64,000 bases of DNA from a bacterium (GCA_963662285.2 CAXXMV010000006.1:32001-96000), one strand, 5' to 3'; positions 1-10,965 are shown, counted from the stretch's first letter. Notes: generated by a model from the letters alone, not told the origin. A program made the numbers and translations.

Positions 1-1086
1 GGGCCGCAGCACCCCAGTACGCATGGCGTTCTCCAAGTGAAATTGTATACCGATGGCGAGATCGTTAATCGCGCTATTCCCAATATCGGTTTTCTTCATC
101 GGTGCAAAGAGAAGATCGGCGAATCTCTCGAATATCAGGCTTATCTGCCCTACACGGACCGTATGGATTATCTGGGCGCCATGAACAACAATTGGACATG
201 GGCGCTGGCCGTCGAGAAACTGTGCGGCATTGAGGTTCCCGAACGGGCTGAATATATACGCGTCTTTGTCGGTGAATTAAACCGGATCGCCAGTCATATC
301 CTGCTGCTTGCCACTTTTGGATTGGATATGGGGGCCTGGACGCCATTGCTGCATTGCTTCCGCGAGCGGGAACAAATCCTTGACATCCTGGAAGAACTAT
401 CCGGCGGACGGTTGTGCTTCGGTTACGTCGTACCCGGTGGAGTGAACCAGGATATGACGCCCCGCGCTATGGAACTGGCCAAGAAATTTATTGCGCAATT
501 TCCGGCGCGGCTCGATTCCTTAAATCAATTACTGAGCTTTAACCAGATATTTATAAAACGCACCGCCAATGTCGCCATCGTCCCGCGGGAGATGGCGATT
601 GATTATGGATTTACCGGACCAATGCTGCGCGCTTCCGGCGTTGATTGGGATATGCGGCGCGATGAAACCTATTCGATTTACAATAAATTCGATTTCGAAA
701 TTCCCGTCGGTGAAGGCCTTAAGGGAACGGTGGGCGACTGCTGGGATCGATACTATCAGCGCATTCTGGAAATGTATCAGAGCATAAAGATTCTGGAGCA
801 GGTCATTGAGGGATTCCCCGAAGAAGGCCAGCATAAAGGAAAAGTTCCCGCGCGGCTTAAACCTCCCAAAGGCGGCGAGGTTTACGTACGCACCGAATGC
901 CCCCGCGGAGAATTAGGCTTCTATATGGTGAGCGATGGAAGCAACACCCCATACCGCATGAAAGTTCGCGGACCTTCGTTCTGCAATTTGAGCATCCTGG
1001 AAGAACTTACCAAAGACATGTTTATCGCCGATCTCGTAGCTACTTTGGGATCGTTCGATCTGGTTTTGGGGGAGGTGGATCGGTAG
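1..1086 (+). CDS. nuoD: NADH-quinone oxidoreductase subunit D (5' end outside window)
   Basis: Frame open from base 1: GPQHPSTHGVL; GFLHR..EK, DRMDY, ELNRIASH, PRGELG, C-terminal DLVLGEVDR. Confidence 0.97.
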   Translation, partial: GPQHPSTHGVLQVKLYTDGEIVNRAIPNIGFLHRCKEKIGESLEYQAYLPYTDRMDYLGAMNNNWTWALAVEKLCGIEVPERAEYIRVFVGELNRIASHILLLATFGLDMGAWTPLLHCFREREQILDILEELSGGRLCFGYVVPGGVNQDMTPRAMELAKKFIAQFPARLDSLNQLLSFNQIFIKRTANVAIVPREMAIDYGFTGPMLRASGVDWDMRRDETYSIYNKFDFEIPVGEGLKGTVGDCWDRYYQRILEMYQSIKILEQVIEGFPEEGQHKGKVPARLKPPKGGEVYVRTECPRGELGFYMVSDGSNTPYRMKVRGPSFCNLSILEELTKDMFIADLVATLGSFDLVLGEVDR

Positions 1087-2121
1087 ATGATCACTTTAGC
1101 CCAATGGATACAACAATTGCCTGTTTTGGGGAGTCTGCCTCTACCGTTGATTATGCTGATCGCCGCTGCGGTTTGTTCGGCGGTTGCGGTGGCGATGGTG
1201 GCCGTTATCGGTCTGGTGGCGGTATGGTTTGAAAGAAAAATTTCCGCGCACATGCAATGCCGCGTCGGTCCGATGCATGTCGGCTGGCATGGCGTGTTGC
1301 AGACCGCCGCTGATGGTTTGAAACTCTTTATCAAAGAAGATATTATCCCGGCGATGGCCGATAAGCCGCTATTCATTCTGGCGCCTGGATTGGTTTTCGC
1401 CGGCGCATTGTTGTCATGGGTGGCGCTTCCTTTGGGGCCTGATTGGATACCAGCCGATATAAACATCGGCATGCTCTATCTGCTGGCCACCTCATCCGTA
1501 GTCGCCATCGGCATCATAATGGCTGGTTGGGCGTCGCATAATAAATGGTCCATGTATGGCGCCATGCGCGCTTCGGCTCAGTTTTTGAGTTATGAAATTC
1601 CAGTAGCCTTGCATATTCTGCCGCCGGTTCTCATGGCTGGATCGCTCAATCTTAGAACTATTGTTGATGCTCAAGCAGGTGGATTTCTCGGCGTGGGCGG
1701 CTGGTACGTCTGCAACCCGTTCTGTTTGATCGCTTTTATTTGTTATTACGTCGCGTCTTTGGCTGAAACCGGAAGGACTCCCTTCGATTTACCTGAATCT
1801 GAATCCGAGCTGGTGGCTGGAGGCTTTACAGAATATTCCGGTATTCGATATTCGTATTTTTATATGGCGGAGTACGCCGACTTGTTTATCGTATCAGCTA
1901 TCGGCGCATTGCTCTTTTTAGGTGGATGGCATGGCCCATTCGGTTTGTACGGCGGGTATATTTATATTAGTAAAGTATGCGTGCTGATCTTTTTGGCCAT
2001 GTGGCTTCGCTGGACTCTACCGCGTCTGAGAATTGATCAGTTGATGGCGACTTGCTGGAAATTCCTGATTCCTTTGGGACTAATCAATATTATTTTGACC
2101 GCTATATGGGCGGTGTTGTAG
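1087..2121 (+). CDS. nuoH: NADH-quinone oxidoreductase subunit H
   Basis: ERKISAHMQCRVGP, ADGLKLFIKEDIIP, PFDLPESESELVAG, RWTLPRLRIDQLM. Confidence 0.97.
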   Translation: MITLAQWIQQLPVLGSLPLPLIMLIAAAVCSAVAVAMVAVIGLVAVWFERKISAHMQCRVGPMHVGWHGVLQTAADGLKLFIKEDIIPAMADKPLFILAPGLVFAGALLSWVALPLGPDWIPADINIGMLYLLATSSVVAIGIIMAGWASHNKWSMYGAMRASAQFLSYEIPVALHILPPVLMAGSLNLRTIVDAQAGGFLGVGGWYVCNPFCLIAFICYYVASLAETGRTPFDLPESESELVAGGFTEYSGIRYSYFYMAEYADLFIVSAIGALLFLGGWHGPFGLYGGYIYISKVCVLIFLAMWLRWTLPRLRIDQLMATCWKFLIPLGLINIILTAIWAVL

Positions 2122-2136
2122 GAATATACCGGGTAG

Positions 2137-2691
2137 GTGATTATGGCCGTTATACAAGATGTTGCAGCAGGTTTCATTACCGCCGTTAAAGGCATGGCGG
2201 TTACGTTCAAGGAAATGTTCGAACCAGCTGTAACCGTCCAATATCCACTGAAAAAACGTGAGATGCCTGACCGTATGCGGGGCATGTTGGTCAACGACGT
2301 CAGCACTTGCATCGCATGTAGTAAATGCGTCAAAATATGTCCGGTCGATTGTATAAAAGTAGAAGCTGTAGGCAAAGGTAAAGAGCGTAAGCCTTCGGTG
2401 TTTCAGGTCGATTTCATCAAATGCTGCTGGTGCGCCCTGTGCGTTGAGGTATGCCCTACGGTTTGCCTGTTTATGTCTAAAGATTATGAGACGGTATTTA
2501 CCGATAAAAGTCAGATGATCCGCGACTTTGTTGCTAATCCGATTCCTCCAGCCAAAGCGGCGGTGGAAGAAGAGAAAAAAGAACCGGATGCGGCGCCAGC
2601 TAAAGAAAAGCCGGAAGAGGCGCCAAGTAAAGAGCAGCCTGACGCTGTTTCAGTTAAAGAAGAACCTGAGCAACAGAAAAAAGGAGATTAG
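2137..2691 (+). CDS. nuoI: NADH-quinone oxidoreductase subunit I
   Basis: VTVQYP; two 4Fe-4S motifs CIACSKCVKICP and CCWCALCVEVCP; charged C-terminal tail. Confidence 0.95.
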   Translation: MIMAVIQDVAAGFITAVKGMAVTFKEMFEPAVTVQYPLKKREMPDRMRGMLVNDVSTCIACSKCVKICPVDCIKVEAVGKGKERKPSVFQVDFIKCCWCALCVEVCPTVCLFMSKDYETVFTDKSQMIRDFVANPIPPAKAAVEEEKKEPDAAPAKEKPEEAPSKEQPDAVSVKEEPEQQKKGD

Positions 2692-2696
2692 CAAGA

Positions 2697-3245
2697 GTGG
2701 ACGCGCTGCATAGCATTATCTTCTATATCCTGGCAGCCATAGTTTTGGCGTCGGCTGCGTTTACCGCGTTCTCATCGAACCTGGTTCATGCGGCGTTTTC
2801 TCTGCTGTTCACCTTTTTCGGGTTGGCATGCTTATATATCCAACTGGGCGCCGATTTCGTGGGCGTCTCGCAAGTGGTGGTATATGTTGGAGGCATTCTG
2901 GTTCTGCTGCTCTTCGGCGTCATGTTTACGGGCAGCATCGCTGGCGGAATTACCCGTCAGACCCTTCAGACCAAGTGGAGCGCGCTGGTTCTGGTGGTTC
3001 TTATGGCCGTAATGCTTCCCATAGTTTATGTGACTCCTTGGGGAGTGATGGATGCTCCACAGGATAAAGCGCTTACATCAAACGTGGAGTTGATTGGAAA
3101 ACTTCTGTTGACTGATTATCTACTTCCTTTTGAGATTGCTTCTTTGCTTTTATTGGTAGCCCTGATCGGCGCGGTAGTAATTGCGCGGGGCGAGCCGAAA
3201 GTGCAGGATAAAGTGGAAGACAAGAACGAAACGGCTGCGGTTTAG
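2697..3245 (+). CDS. nuoJ: NADH-quinone oxidoreductase subunit J
   Basis: QVVVYVGGILVLLLFGVM, YLLPFEIASLLLLVALIGA; operon order. Confidence 0.95.
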   Translation: MDALHSIIFYILAAIVLASAAFTAFSSNLVHAAFSLLFTFFGLACLYIQLGADFVGVSQVVVYVGGILVLLLFGVMFTGSIAGGITRQTLQTKWSALVLVVLMAVMLPIVYVTPWGVMDAPQDKALTSNVELIGKLLLTDYLLPFEIASLLLLVALIGAVVIARGEPKVQDKVEDKNETAAV

Positions 3246-3275
3246 CGCTGCTGGCCGATAGATTTTATAAGAGGG

Positions 3276-3593
3276 ATGCGCATGGCTGTTACGCTGGAAC
3301 ATTATCTGGTCGTTTCCATAACCCTGTTTTCGTTGGGGCTGTTCATCGTGATGACGCGGCGCAACGGCATCCGGATGCTGATGGGCGTTGAATTGATACT
3401 TAATTCCGCCAATCTGAACTTGATCGCTTTTAACCGGTATCTACCGGGGATGGACGTATCAGGTAATATTTTCGCCGTCTTTGTTATAATATTGGCCGCT
3501 GCTGAAGCCGCTGTGGCGCTGGCCATTGTGCTGGCCATATTCCAGCAGTTTTCCACTATCCAGTTGGATGAAATAAGTAGTATGAAGCATTGA
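3276..3593 (+). CDS. nuoK: NADH-quinone oxidoreductase subunit K
   Basis: RRNGIRMLMGVELILNSANL, AAAEAAVALA. Confidence 0.96.
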   Translation: MRMAVTLEHYLVVSITLFSLGLFIVMTRRNGIRMLMGVELILNSANLNLIAFNRYLPGMDVSGNIFAVFVIILAAAEAAVALAIVLAIFQQFSTIQLDEISSMKH

Positions 3594-3664
3594 TGCGCCG
3601 CATTTCAGCATGAAGCGGTTTCGCTTCATGAGAGTTATATTATTTAATTACTAAGAGGTTACGG

Positions 3665-5689
3665 ATGGAAACTCTTGCTTGGTTGATTCTTGCGTTTCCC
3701 ATAATCGCACTTGTTATCCAGTATTTCTTTGGGAAAAAACTCCCCCGGCAGGGTGATTGGCTTTCCACCGGCGCTATAGGTTTATCTCTGATTTGCAGCT
3801 TTATTCTCTTCATTAAAGTCATCTTTATTGAAGGTGATCCAAATTACCTTTTCCAGGTATCATACCCGTGGTTTACCGGCGGAGGCGGCCTGGATTTCAC
3901 CTTTGGATTCCATATTGATAACCTGACTGCGGTTATGCTGATGGTGGTGACGATTGTCAGTTTTGTGGTTCATCTCTATTCCATCGGTTATATGCATGGC
4001 GAACAGTTTTATGATAGTTTCTTCGCTTATCTGAGCCTCTTCAGTTTTTCAATGCTGCTTTTGGTATTGTGCGACAACCTGTTCGTTCTATATATAAGTT
4101 GGGAACTGGTAGGCGTATCGTCTTATCTTCTGATTGGCTTCTATTTCTGGAAAGATTCCGCCGCAGATGCATGCAAGAAAGCTTTTATCACCACCCGCGT
4201 GGGTGATGTTTTTATGTTCCTGGGTATCATGACCCTGGTTCTCTATTTAGGAAAATTCAATTACACCGAAATATTTGAAGCCGTATCTCATGGCGAAATC
4301 AGCGGCTGGGTAATCACTGTCGCCGGCATCTGCCTGTTTGGCGGCGCCGTCGGTAAATCGGCTCAGTTCCCGTTGCATGTCTGGTTGCCGGACGCTATGG
4401 AAGGTCCGACTCCAGTCAGCGCGTTGATCCACGCAGCCACTATGGTTGCGGCTGGCGTATACATGGTAGGGCGTTTGTTTCCTATCTTTTCATCTTCGCC
4501 GGAAACCATGCTGGTTATTGCTTATATCGGTCTGATCACCGCTTTCTTCGCTTCACTGATTGCTATAACTCAGACAGACATTAAGAGAATCCTGGCTTAT
4601 TCAACCCTCAGTCAATTGGGTTATATGATAACCGCTTTGGGCGTCGGGGGATTCGTGGTTGGCGCTTATACCGCTGGTTTATATCACCTTATGACTCATG
4701 CCTTCTTCAAAGCGCTTCTTTTCCTTTGCAGCGGCAGCGTGATCCACGCGGTTCATACCAACGAAATTACCTCAATGGGCGGCTTGCGCAAGAAAATGCC
4801 CATTACCGCCATAACCATGATTATCGGGACGCTGGCCATTTCCGGAGTGCCATTTTTCTCCGGTTTCGGCAGCAAGGACGCTATCCTGGCGGGCGCTCTG
4901 CAATTTGGACTTGAACATCCCCAGCATTTCCCCATATTCCTGGGATTGCTGATCGGCGCGGGCATCACCGCTTTCTATATGTTCCGGCTGATCTTCCTGA
5001 CCTTCTTTGGCGAACCGCGCGACCAGGAAAAGTTCGATCATGCCCATGAATCTCCTGTAACCATGACTATACCTTTGATTATATTGGCGTTACTGTCGAT
5101 AATCGGCGGTTGGGGATTGTATGGCGCTTTGTGGTTAAACGCCTTGATTGTACCACCAGTGATTGGAGAGGCGGCGCATGAAGCGGCGGCTCACGGCGCG
5201 GGACATGGAAGCGCTTTAGCCCATTATGGCGCTATGGTTCTTTCACTCCTCGTGGCATTCGGTGGAATTGTTTTCTCTTACATGGTTTATTACAAACGCA
5301 GCATCTCGGTTGAGATGCTAACCAAAAAAATGGGTCCGCTTTATCAACTTTCATACAACAAGTTTTGGGTTGATGAATTTTATGAAAAAACCGTTATCGC
5401 CTTTGTGATGAAAAGCCGTATGGTTCTTCGCGCATTCGACAATACGGTTATAGATGGCGCTGTAAACATTACTGCTCCGATTACGCGGGGCACGGCAATG
5501 ATTTCCGGTGCGGTCGATAAATATATTGTAGATGGACTGGTCAATCTCCTGGCAATAGTGGTGCAGGCGATAGGCGCTGTCAGTACATTGTTCCAAAGCG
5601 GCGTGATACAGAATTATTTGTTGAAAGCTGCATGCGCTATTGGCGCATTATTATTGATTCATAACGTAATTATGCGGGTTTTGTATTAA
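3665..5689 (+). CDS. nuoL: NADH-quinone oxidoreductase subunit L
   Basis: GKSAQFPLHVWLPDAMEGPTPVSALIHAATMV, HAFFKALLFL. Confidence 0.97.
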   Translation: METLAWLILAFPIIALVIQYFFGKKLPRQGDWLSTGAIGLSLICSFILFIKVIFIEGDPNYLFQVSYPWFTGGGGLDFTFGFHIDNLTAVMLMVVTIVSFVVHLYSIGYMHGEQFYDSFFAYLSLFSFSMLLLVLCDNLFVLYISWELVGVSSYLLIGFYFWKDSAADACKKAFITTRVGDVFMFLGIMTLVLYLGKFNYTEIFEAVSHGEISGWVITVAGICLFGGAVGKSAQFPLHVWLPDAMEGPTPVSALIHAATMVAAGVYMVGRLFPIFSSSPETMLVIAYIGLITAFFASLIAITQTDIKRILAYSTLSQLGYMITALGVGGFVVGAYTAGLYHLMTHAFFKALLFLCSGSVIHAVHTNEITSMGGLRKKMPITAITMIIGTLAISGVPFFSGFGSKDAILAGALQFGLEHPQHFPIFLGLLIGAGITAFYMFRLIFLTFFGEPRDQEKFDHAHESPVTMTIPLIILALLSIIGGWGLYGALWLNALIVPPVIGEAAHEAAAHGAGHGSALAHYGAMVLSLLVAFGGIVFSYMVYYKRSISVEMLTKKMGPLYQLSYNKFWVDEFYEKTVIAFVMKSRMVLRAFDNTVIDGAVNITAPITRGTAMISGAVDKYIVDGLVNLLAIVVQAIGAVSTLFQSGVIQNYLLKAACAIGALLLIHNVIMRVLY

Positions 5690-5728
5690 GATCCGCGACA
5701 ACGATACAATAACAGGGAGTAAGCAAGG

Positions 5729-7231
5729 ATGGAATCCCAGAATCATCTGCTTACCTGGATGACATTTTGGCCATTGATTGGCGCCGCCGTAATCTTATGT
5801 ACGCCGTCAAGAGCTAAATTGTTTATCAAGCAATTGGCCTTTCTCTTCACATTACCTTCATTAGCCTGCGGGTTGTGGATGATGAAAGATTACGATCCTG
5901 CGCTGAGTTACCAGTTTGTAGCCAAAGTTCCATGGATCGAGACTTTTAATATTTTCTACTTTGTCGGCGCAGATGGCCTGAGCGTGCCTTTGCTGCTGCT
6001 TACGGTATTTCTATGTCCGATCTGCATACTTGCGTCTTGGGGTATAAATGACCGGGTAAAAGGGTATTTCTCTCTTTTCCTGCTCTTGGAAACAGGTATG
6101 TTGGGCGTGTTTATTTCGCTCGATTTCTTCCTTTTCTATGTATTTTGGGAGCTGATGCTGCTGCCGATGTACTTCCTGATTGGAGTCTGGGGCGGACCAC
6201 GGCGTGAATACGCCGCGATTAAGTTCTTCCTTTATACCCTGTTCGGCAGCGTGTTCCTGTTCATCGCCATGATCGTGCTATATATCAACACCGGCTCATC
6301 GTTTGATCTGACCACGCTTGGCCCTGATATAGCAGCTTCCAGTTTCTGGGCTAACGCCGCTAATTTGAAATGGTGGCTCTTCCTGGCTATGTTCGTGGCT
6401 TTCGCCATCAAGATTCCGGCCTTCCCATTCCATACATGGCTGCCCGACGCCCACGTTGAGGCGCCGACCGCTATCAGCGTTATCCTGGCTGGCATCCTGC
6501 TTAAGATGGGAACCTATGGTCTTCTGAGAATCAGTTATCCAATCCTGCCGGATATGGCGGTTAAGTTTGCAATATTTATCGCGGTTATTGCTTTTATAAA
6601 CATTATCTACGGCGCCCTGGTTGCTATGGCGCAAACCGATTTGAAGAAACTGGTGGCTTATTCAAGCATCAGCCACATGGGCATCGTTATGCTGGGTATG
6701 GCGGCTATGACCCCTGCCGGTATGAACGGCGCCGTCCTTCAGATGTTCAACCACGGAACAATCACCGCCATGCTCTTCCTTCTGGTCGGCGTGGTTTACG
6801 ATAGGGCGCATCATCGCAACATCGACGGATTCGGCGGACTGGCAAAGAATTTGCCCGTCTATGCAGGCATAACTGCTGTGGCTTTCTTCGCCGCGTTGGG
6901 GCTTCCGGGATTCTCTGGATTCATCAGTGAAGTCCTCGCATTCATGGGCGGCTTCATGAGCCATATCTTATGGATTCGTATAATTACGATTATTGGCACC
7001 TCCGGTATCGTTTTGACGGCGGTCTATATGCTGTGGACTTATCAACGTATGTTCCTTGGACCGGTAAACGAGAAATACGCTGATATGCCTGATTGCACCT
7101 TGCGTGAAAAAGTTACCCTGATACCTATCGCTATAATCGTGCTTGTTTTGGGTATTTTCCCGAATCTGTTAATTAATTTGTTCGAACCGACCATGGGTCG
7201 CTTGGTAGAATTACTTTCGAAAAACTTCTAG
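5729..7231 (+). CDS. nuoM: NADH-quinone oxidoreductase subunit M
   Basis: FWELMLLPMYFLIGVWGG, PFHTWLPDAHVEAPT, AYSSISHMG. Confidence 0.97.
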   Translation: MESQNHLLTWMTFWPLIGAAVILCTPSRAKLFIKQLAFLFTLPSLACGLWMMKDYDPALSYQFVAKVPWIETFNIFYFVGADGLSVPLLLLTVFLCPICILASWGINDRVKGYFSLFLLLETGMLGVFISLDFFLFYVFWELMLLPMYFLIGVWGGPRREYAAIKFFLYTLFGSVFLFIAMIVLYINTGSSFDLTTLGPDIAASSFWANAANLKWWLFLAMFVAFAIKIPAFPFHTWLPDAHVEAPTAISVILAGILLKMGTYGLLRISYPILPDMAVKFAIFIAVIAFINIIYGALVAMAQTDLKKLVAYSSISHMGIVMLGMAAMTPAGMNGAVLQMFNHGTITAMLFLLVGVVYDRAHHRNIDGFGGLAKNLPVYAGITAVAFFAALGLPGFSGFISEVLAFMGGFMSHILWIRIITIIGTSGIVLTAVYMLWTYQRMFLGPVNEKYADMPDCTLREKVTLIPIAIIVLVLGIFPNLLINLFEPTMGRLVELLSKNF

Positions 7232-7232
7232 G

Positions 7233-8723
7233 ATGGCTCTGATGGGAAACGTTGAAAGCCTGGCTTATTTCGTCCCTGAATTAGTATTAACCGTGACGCT
7301 TGTATTGGCGTTGCTCGCCTCGATTTTCGGCGTAGATCGCGCTAAATGGGACGTTATCGGGGCGCTGTCGTTGGTTGGAACCATCGTTGCGTTCCTGTTT
7401 CATATTGCTCTATATGACAAACCTGCTACGATTATCTTTCAGGGCATGTTAGTGCATGATATGTTCGCGCTCTTCTTCAGGGGATTCTTTATCTTTTGTA
7501 CGGCGATCATCATATTTATGACGATGTTCTCCAGCGAAGTGTTCTCTCTCAAAAAAGGCGAATTCTACGCTATTCTATTATCCGTAACCATCGGCATGTG
7601 TCTGGTCGCTTCATCGCATGATATGGTGATGATCTATCTGGCGCTTGAGTTGATGAGCCTTGGTTCCTATATTCTGGCTGGCTTCGCCCGCAAAATAGGC
7701 AAGTCGGAAGAAGCTTCGCTTAAATACGTTCTCTACGGCGGCGTATCAACTGGCATGATGCTCTTTGGATTAAGTCTGCTCTATGGTTTGACCGGCAGCA
7801 CCGGATTTGAAGGAGTGCGCCAAGGTCTGGCCAACGCCTCAGGCGGGATTGATCTGGCTGTATATGCAATCTTCATTTTTATCCTGGCTGGAGCGGGCTA
7901 TAAGATCGCAATGGTTCCGTTTCACTTCTGGGCGCCGGACGTCTATGAAGGGGCGCCTACTCCCGTCACCGCATATCTCTCAGTGGCATCAAAGGGCGCT
8001 GGTTTCGCTCTGCTGATCCGCCTGGCATTCTCGATATTGCTGCAACCCGGCGAAAGCGGGGCCTGGATCGAAGTTGGAAGCATAAACATCGACTGGATGT
8101 TTACCATCGCATTGCTCTCAGCTATAACCATGACAATCGGCAACCTGGGCGCCATAGTACAAGTCAATCTCAAGCGGCTATTGGCCTATTCAGGCATCGC
8201 CCACGCCGGATATATCCTGATGGGCGTCAGTACTCTGACCACTGCCGGACTCGAATCGGTTATCTTCTATCTGATTATGTACCTCTTCACCAACCTGGTA
8301 GCCTTCCTGGTTATAATCATGATGGTGGAAGCGCAGGACGATGACCGCATCACCGCCGTCCGTGGACTATGGAAGCGTGCGCCGTATTCAGCTGTTTTCA
8401 TGACCGTTGCCCTTATATCACTAATCGGCATTCCTCCCGCAGCCGGATTTGTGGGTAAAGTATATATCTTTTTTGCAATCCTCCAGTCGCAGATGTATTG
8501 GCTGGCAGTTATCGGCGCACTTAATACAGTGGTTTCGCTTTACTACTATGCACGCATCATCAAGGCTATGTTCCTAGAAGAAGCGCCTGATGCGGAACCA
8601 TTTACTTTGAAACCGGTTTATCTCGGTCTGCTGATTGCTCTAACCATCCCCATCATTTATTTCGGTCTATTTTGGAATCCGCTGGTCAATTACGCCAAAT
8701 TCTGCGCCCAGCTGATCCAGTAA
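7233..8723 (+). CDS. nuoN: NADH-quinone oxidoreductase subunit N
   Basis: EASLKY, PFHFWAPDVYEGAPTPV, KRLLAYSGIAHAGY. Confidence 0.97.
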   Translation: MALMGNVESLAYFVPELVLTVTLVLALLASIFGVDRAKWDVIGALSLVGTIVAFLFHIALYDKPATIIFQGMLVHDMFALFFRGFFIFCTAIIIFMTMFSSEVFSLKKGEFYAILLSVTIGMCLVASSHDMVMIYLALELMSLGSYILAGFARKIGKSEEASLKYVLYGGVSTGMMLFGLSLLYGLTGSTGFEGVRQGLANASGGIDLAVYAIFIFILAGAGYKIAMVPFHFWAPDVYEGAPTPVTAYLSVASKGAGFALLIRLAFSILLQPGESGAWIEVGSINIDWMFTIALLSAITMTIGNLGAIVQVNLKRLLAYSGIAHAGYILMGVSTLTTAGLESVIFYLIMYLFTNLVAFLVIIMMVEAQDDDRITAVRGLWKRAPYSAVFMTVALISLIGIPPAAGFVGKVYIFFAILQSQMYWLAVIGALNTVVSLYYYARIIKAMFLEEAPDAEPFTLKPVYLGLLIALTIPIIYFGLFWNPLVNYAKFCAQLIQ

Positions 8724-8754
8724 TTCAGCTGGTGGGCTTAAACCCGGTAGACAG

Positions 8755-8783
8755 GGTGGGCTAAAAGCGAAGCGTAGCCCACC
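8755..8783. repeat. REP-like palindrome after nuoN
   Basis: GGTGGGCTA-aaagcgaagcg-TAGCCCACC hairpin, with GTAG shortly upstream. Confidence 0.55.
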
Positions 8784-8901
8784 AAATCCACCCATATCAA
8801 TTCTCAAAAACCACTCAAAATCCTTTCATCGCTCATCATATAAGAATATGATGCGTTATAATAAATATGTTCTCTAACTCAAATTTTCTGGTGGTCTATT
8901 G

Positions 8902-9600
8902 ATGAGCAAATATCCTATTAGCGTTTCGGTTTTCTATCCGGCCCACAATGAAGTTGATAATATTGGTGATTTAGTTGAAAAAACGGTAAGCGTCATTTCT
9001 GATCAAATAGATGATTTTGAAATCCTGATAATTAACGACGGGAGTACTGATGGTACCCGTGAGGCAGCTGACCAATTGGCTCAAAAGCACCCGCAAGTGC
9101 GCGCTATTCATCACGAAGTCAACCGTGGATACGGCGGCGCGGTAAAAACCGGGATTGCATCAAGTTCCAAGGATTGGGTATTCTTCTCCGATGGAGATGG
9201 GCAGTTTGATATAGGCGAAATTTCACTGCTTTTAGAGCATTCCGGCGACCATGACGCTGTGGTTGGATACCGTCTTGACCGCCGCGACCCGTTTCACCGA
9301 AAAGTATTCGCCTTCTGCTGGGGAACCTTGATACGCTTCCTGTTCGGCTTTCACTGCCGCGACCTGGATTGCGCCTTCAAACTGTTTAAGCGCCAATATT
9401 TCGATGGCGTGGAATTAAAAGCTGAGGGAGCGGTTATCACCGTAGAGTTCTTCTCCATCCTAAAAAAGAACAATGCCCGAATTAAACAGGTCGGCGTGCA
9501 TCATTATCCGCGGTCCGCTGGAGAACAATCCGGCGGCGATCCGAAAGTTGTCCTGCGCGCCTTCAAAGAATTGATAAAGTTCTATAATAGTTTGAAGTAG
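8902..9600 (+). CDS. Glycosyltransferase family 2 (polyprenol-phosphate glycosyltransferase-like)
   Basis: PAHNE, INDGSTDGT, NRGYGGA, DGDGQF, DLDCAFKL. Confidence 0.9.
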   Translation: MSKYPISVSVFYPAHNEVDNIGDLVEKTVSVISDQIDDFEILIINDGSTDGTREAADQLAQKHPQVRAIHHEVNRGYGGAVKTGIASSSKDWVFFSDGDGQFDIGEISLLLEHSGDHDAVVGYRLDRRDPFHRKVFAFCWGTLIRFLFGFHCRDLDCAFKLFKRQYFDGVELKAEGAVITVEFFSILKKNNARIKQVGVHHYPRSAGEQSGGDPKVVLRAFKELIKFYNSLK

Positions 9601-9645
9601 AAAACATGATATCCTGCCAAATCTTTTAATGACGGATAGCCAAAT

Positions 9646-9680
9646 CCCCTCTCCCCGTGGGAGAGGGTTAGGGTGAGGGC
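9646..9680. repeat. BoxC-like palindromic element
   Basis: CCCCTCTCCCcgtGGGAGAGGGTTAGGGTGAGGG; same core as the repeat family A arms. Confidence 0.65.
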
Positions 9681-9742
9681 TAATACCAACCACCTTTGCA
9701 ATATCGTTTATTCTATTTAACCACAATAAGGACTATGCGTTA

Positions 9743-10965
9743 GTGATTCTTGGTGAAGGCGCGAAAAGAAGAACCGGCTTAAAGGTGCTTGCCAATACAT
9801 GGTTCCTGTGTTTGGGGCAGGCCTGCGTATTTCCACACCTCACCCGTTACTATGATTTAGACCTTCATTTAAGCGATTTCCATATTGGTCTGATGATGGC
9901 GCTGCCCGCATTAGGCGCGGTTTTGATGCAACCGTTATGGGGCATTCTGGCGGTACCGGATTATCGGCCGCACCAAGGCCATTCGTTTGACATTGGTCAT
10001 GAATATATTAATGCTGATCGTTTTTGCTTTTTTCATACCAAAAGGGCGGATTTCCTCTTTTGCTGATTTCCGGCATTATGTTGTACATAAGTTACAGCGC
10101 CGGATTACCCATCAATTCAGCCATTATTCTTGCTTTTCTGGGCAAGAAAAACCGTCATTTATTTGGCCGTATACGCGTAGCCGGAAGCATAAGTTTCACT
10201 TTGGGGATGTTCGTGATTTGTCCTCTGGTGATTGGTCTTTCTATATGGTGCGGCTTTTATGACAGAACATTATTATTCTTAACCGCCTGCATCTTTTACT
10301 TTATCACCATATTAACCACATTCTGGGATGAAAATCACTTCGAGAAGCATATCAAACCTGAATTTGATTCTTTTCTTAATATCTTTCGCAACCGCAATAT
10401 GGTGATTTTCTATCTATCCATCTTCTGCGTCTCAATCGGCGCATCGGCTGGAATCCAATATCTTGGACCCTATGTCGGGCATCGGGGGTTATCCGAACGT
10501 TTTTTTTCTACATTATGGTTAGTCGGCGTCAGCGTCGAAATATTATGTACTTACAACCTGCACCGTTTCGCTAAAACTATCGGCTTGAAATACACAGTGA
10601 TCCTTGGTTTCGCCGCTGAATTTATTCGCTGGTTCGGGATGTCGATGGTGGTTGCTCCCGGTTGGATTATCGCTTTGAATGTTTTTCATGGACCGGCGGT
10701 ATTGGGCGTTTTATTCGCTTCTGCGATGTATTTGGATGCTGAATGTGAAGAAAGCATCCGCTCCACCGCTCAGGCTATGCTCTATTTTTCCTTCGTCGGA
10801 GGACAGGTTACCGGCTACATTCTGGCCAGTGCGCTGGTAAATCATTATAGTTATCTACCCAGGTATGAAGCGATTCAAAGTAGTTTCTTCTGGTTTAGTC
10901 TTTTCGCGCTTTTTGCAGCAATAATGGGTTCTATTTTCTTGAAAAAAGTTCCAAGGCATGGATGA
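9743..10965 (+). pseudogene. MFS transporter split by two apparent +1 insertions (assembly error or pseudogene)
   Basis: QPLWGILA(DR) motif broken near 9954 and a T run near 10028-10033; continues FGRIRVAGSISF, GVSVEI, FHGP over three ORFs. Confidence 0.75.

Noticed and set aside
1087-2121. NuoH C-terminus WAVL as a member of the tail family
   Set aside because: Part of a transmembrane helix, lacks the terminal Y/H, and the protein is not secreted.
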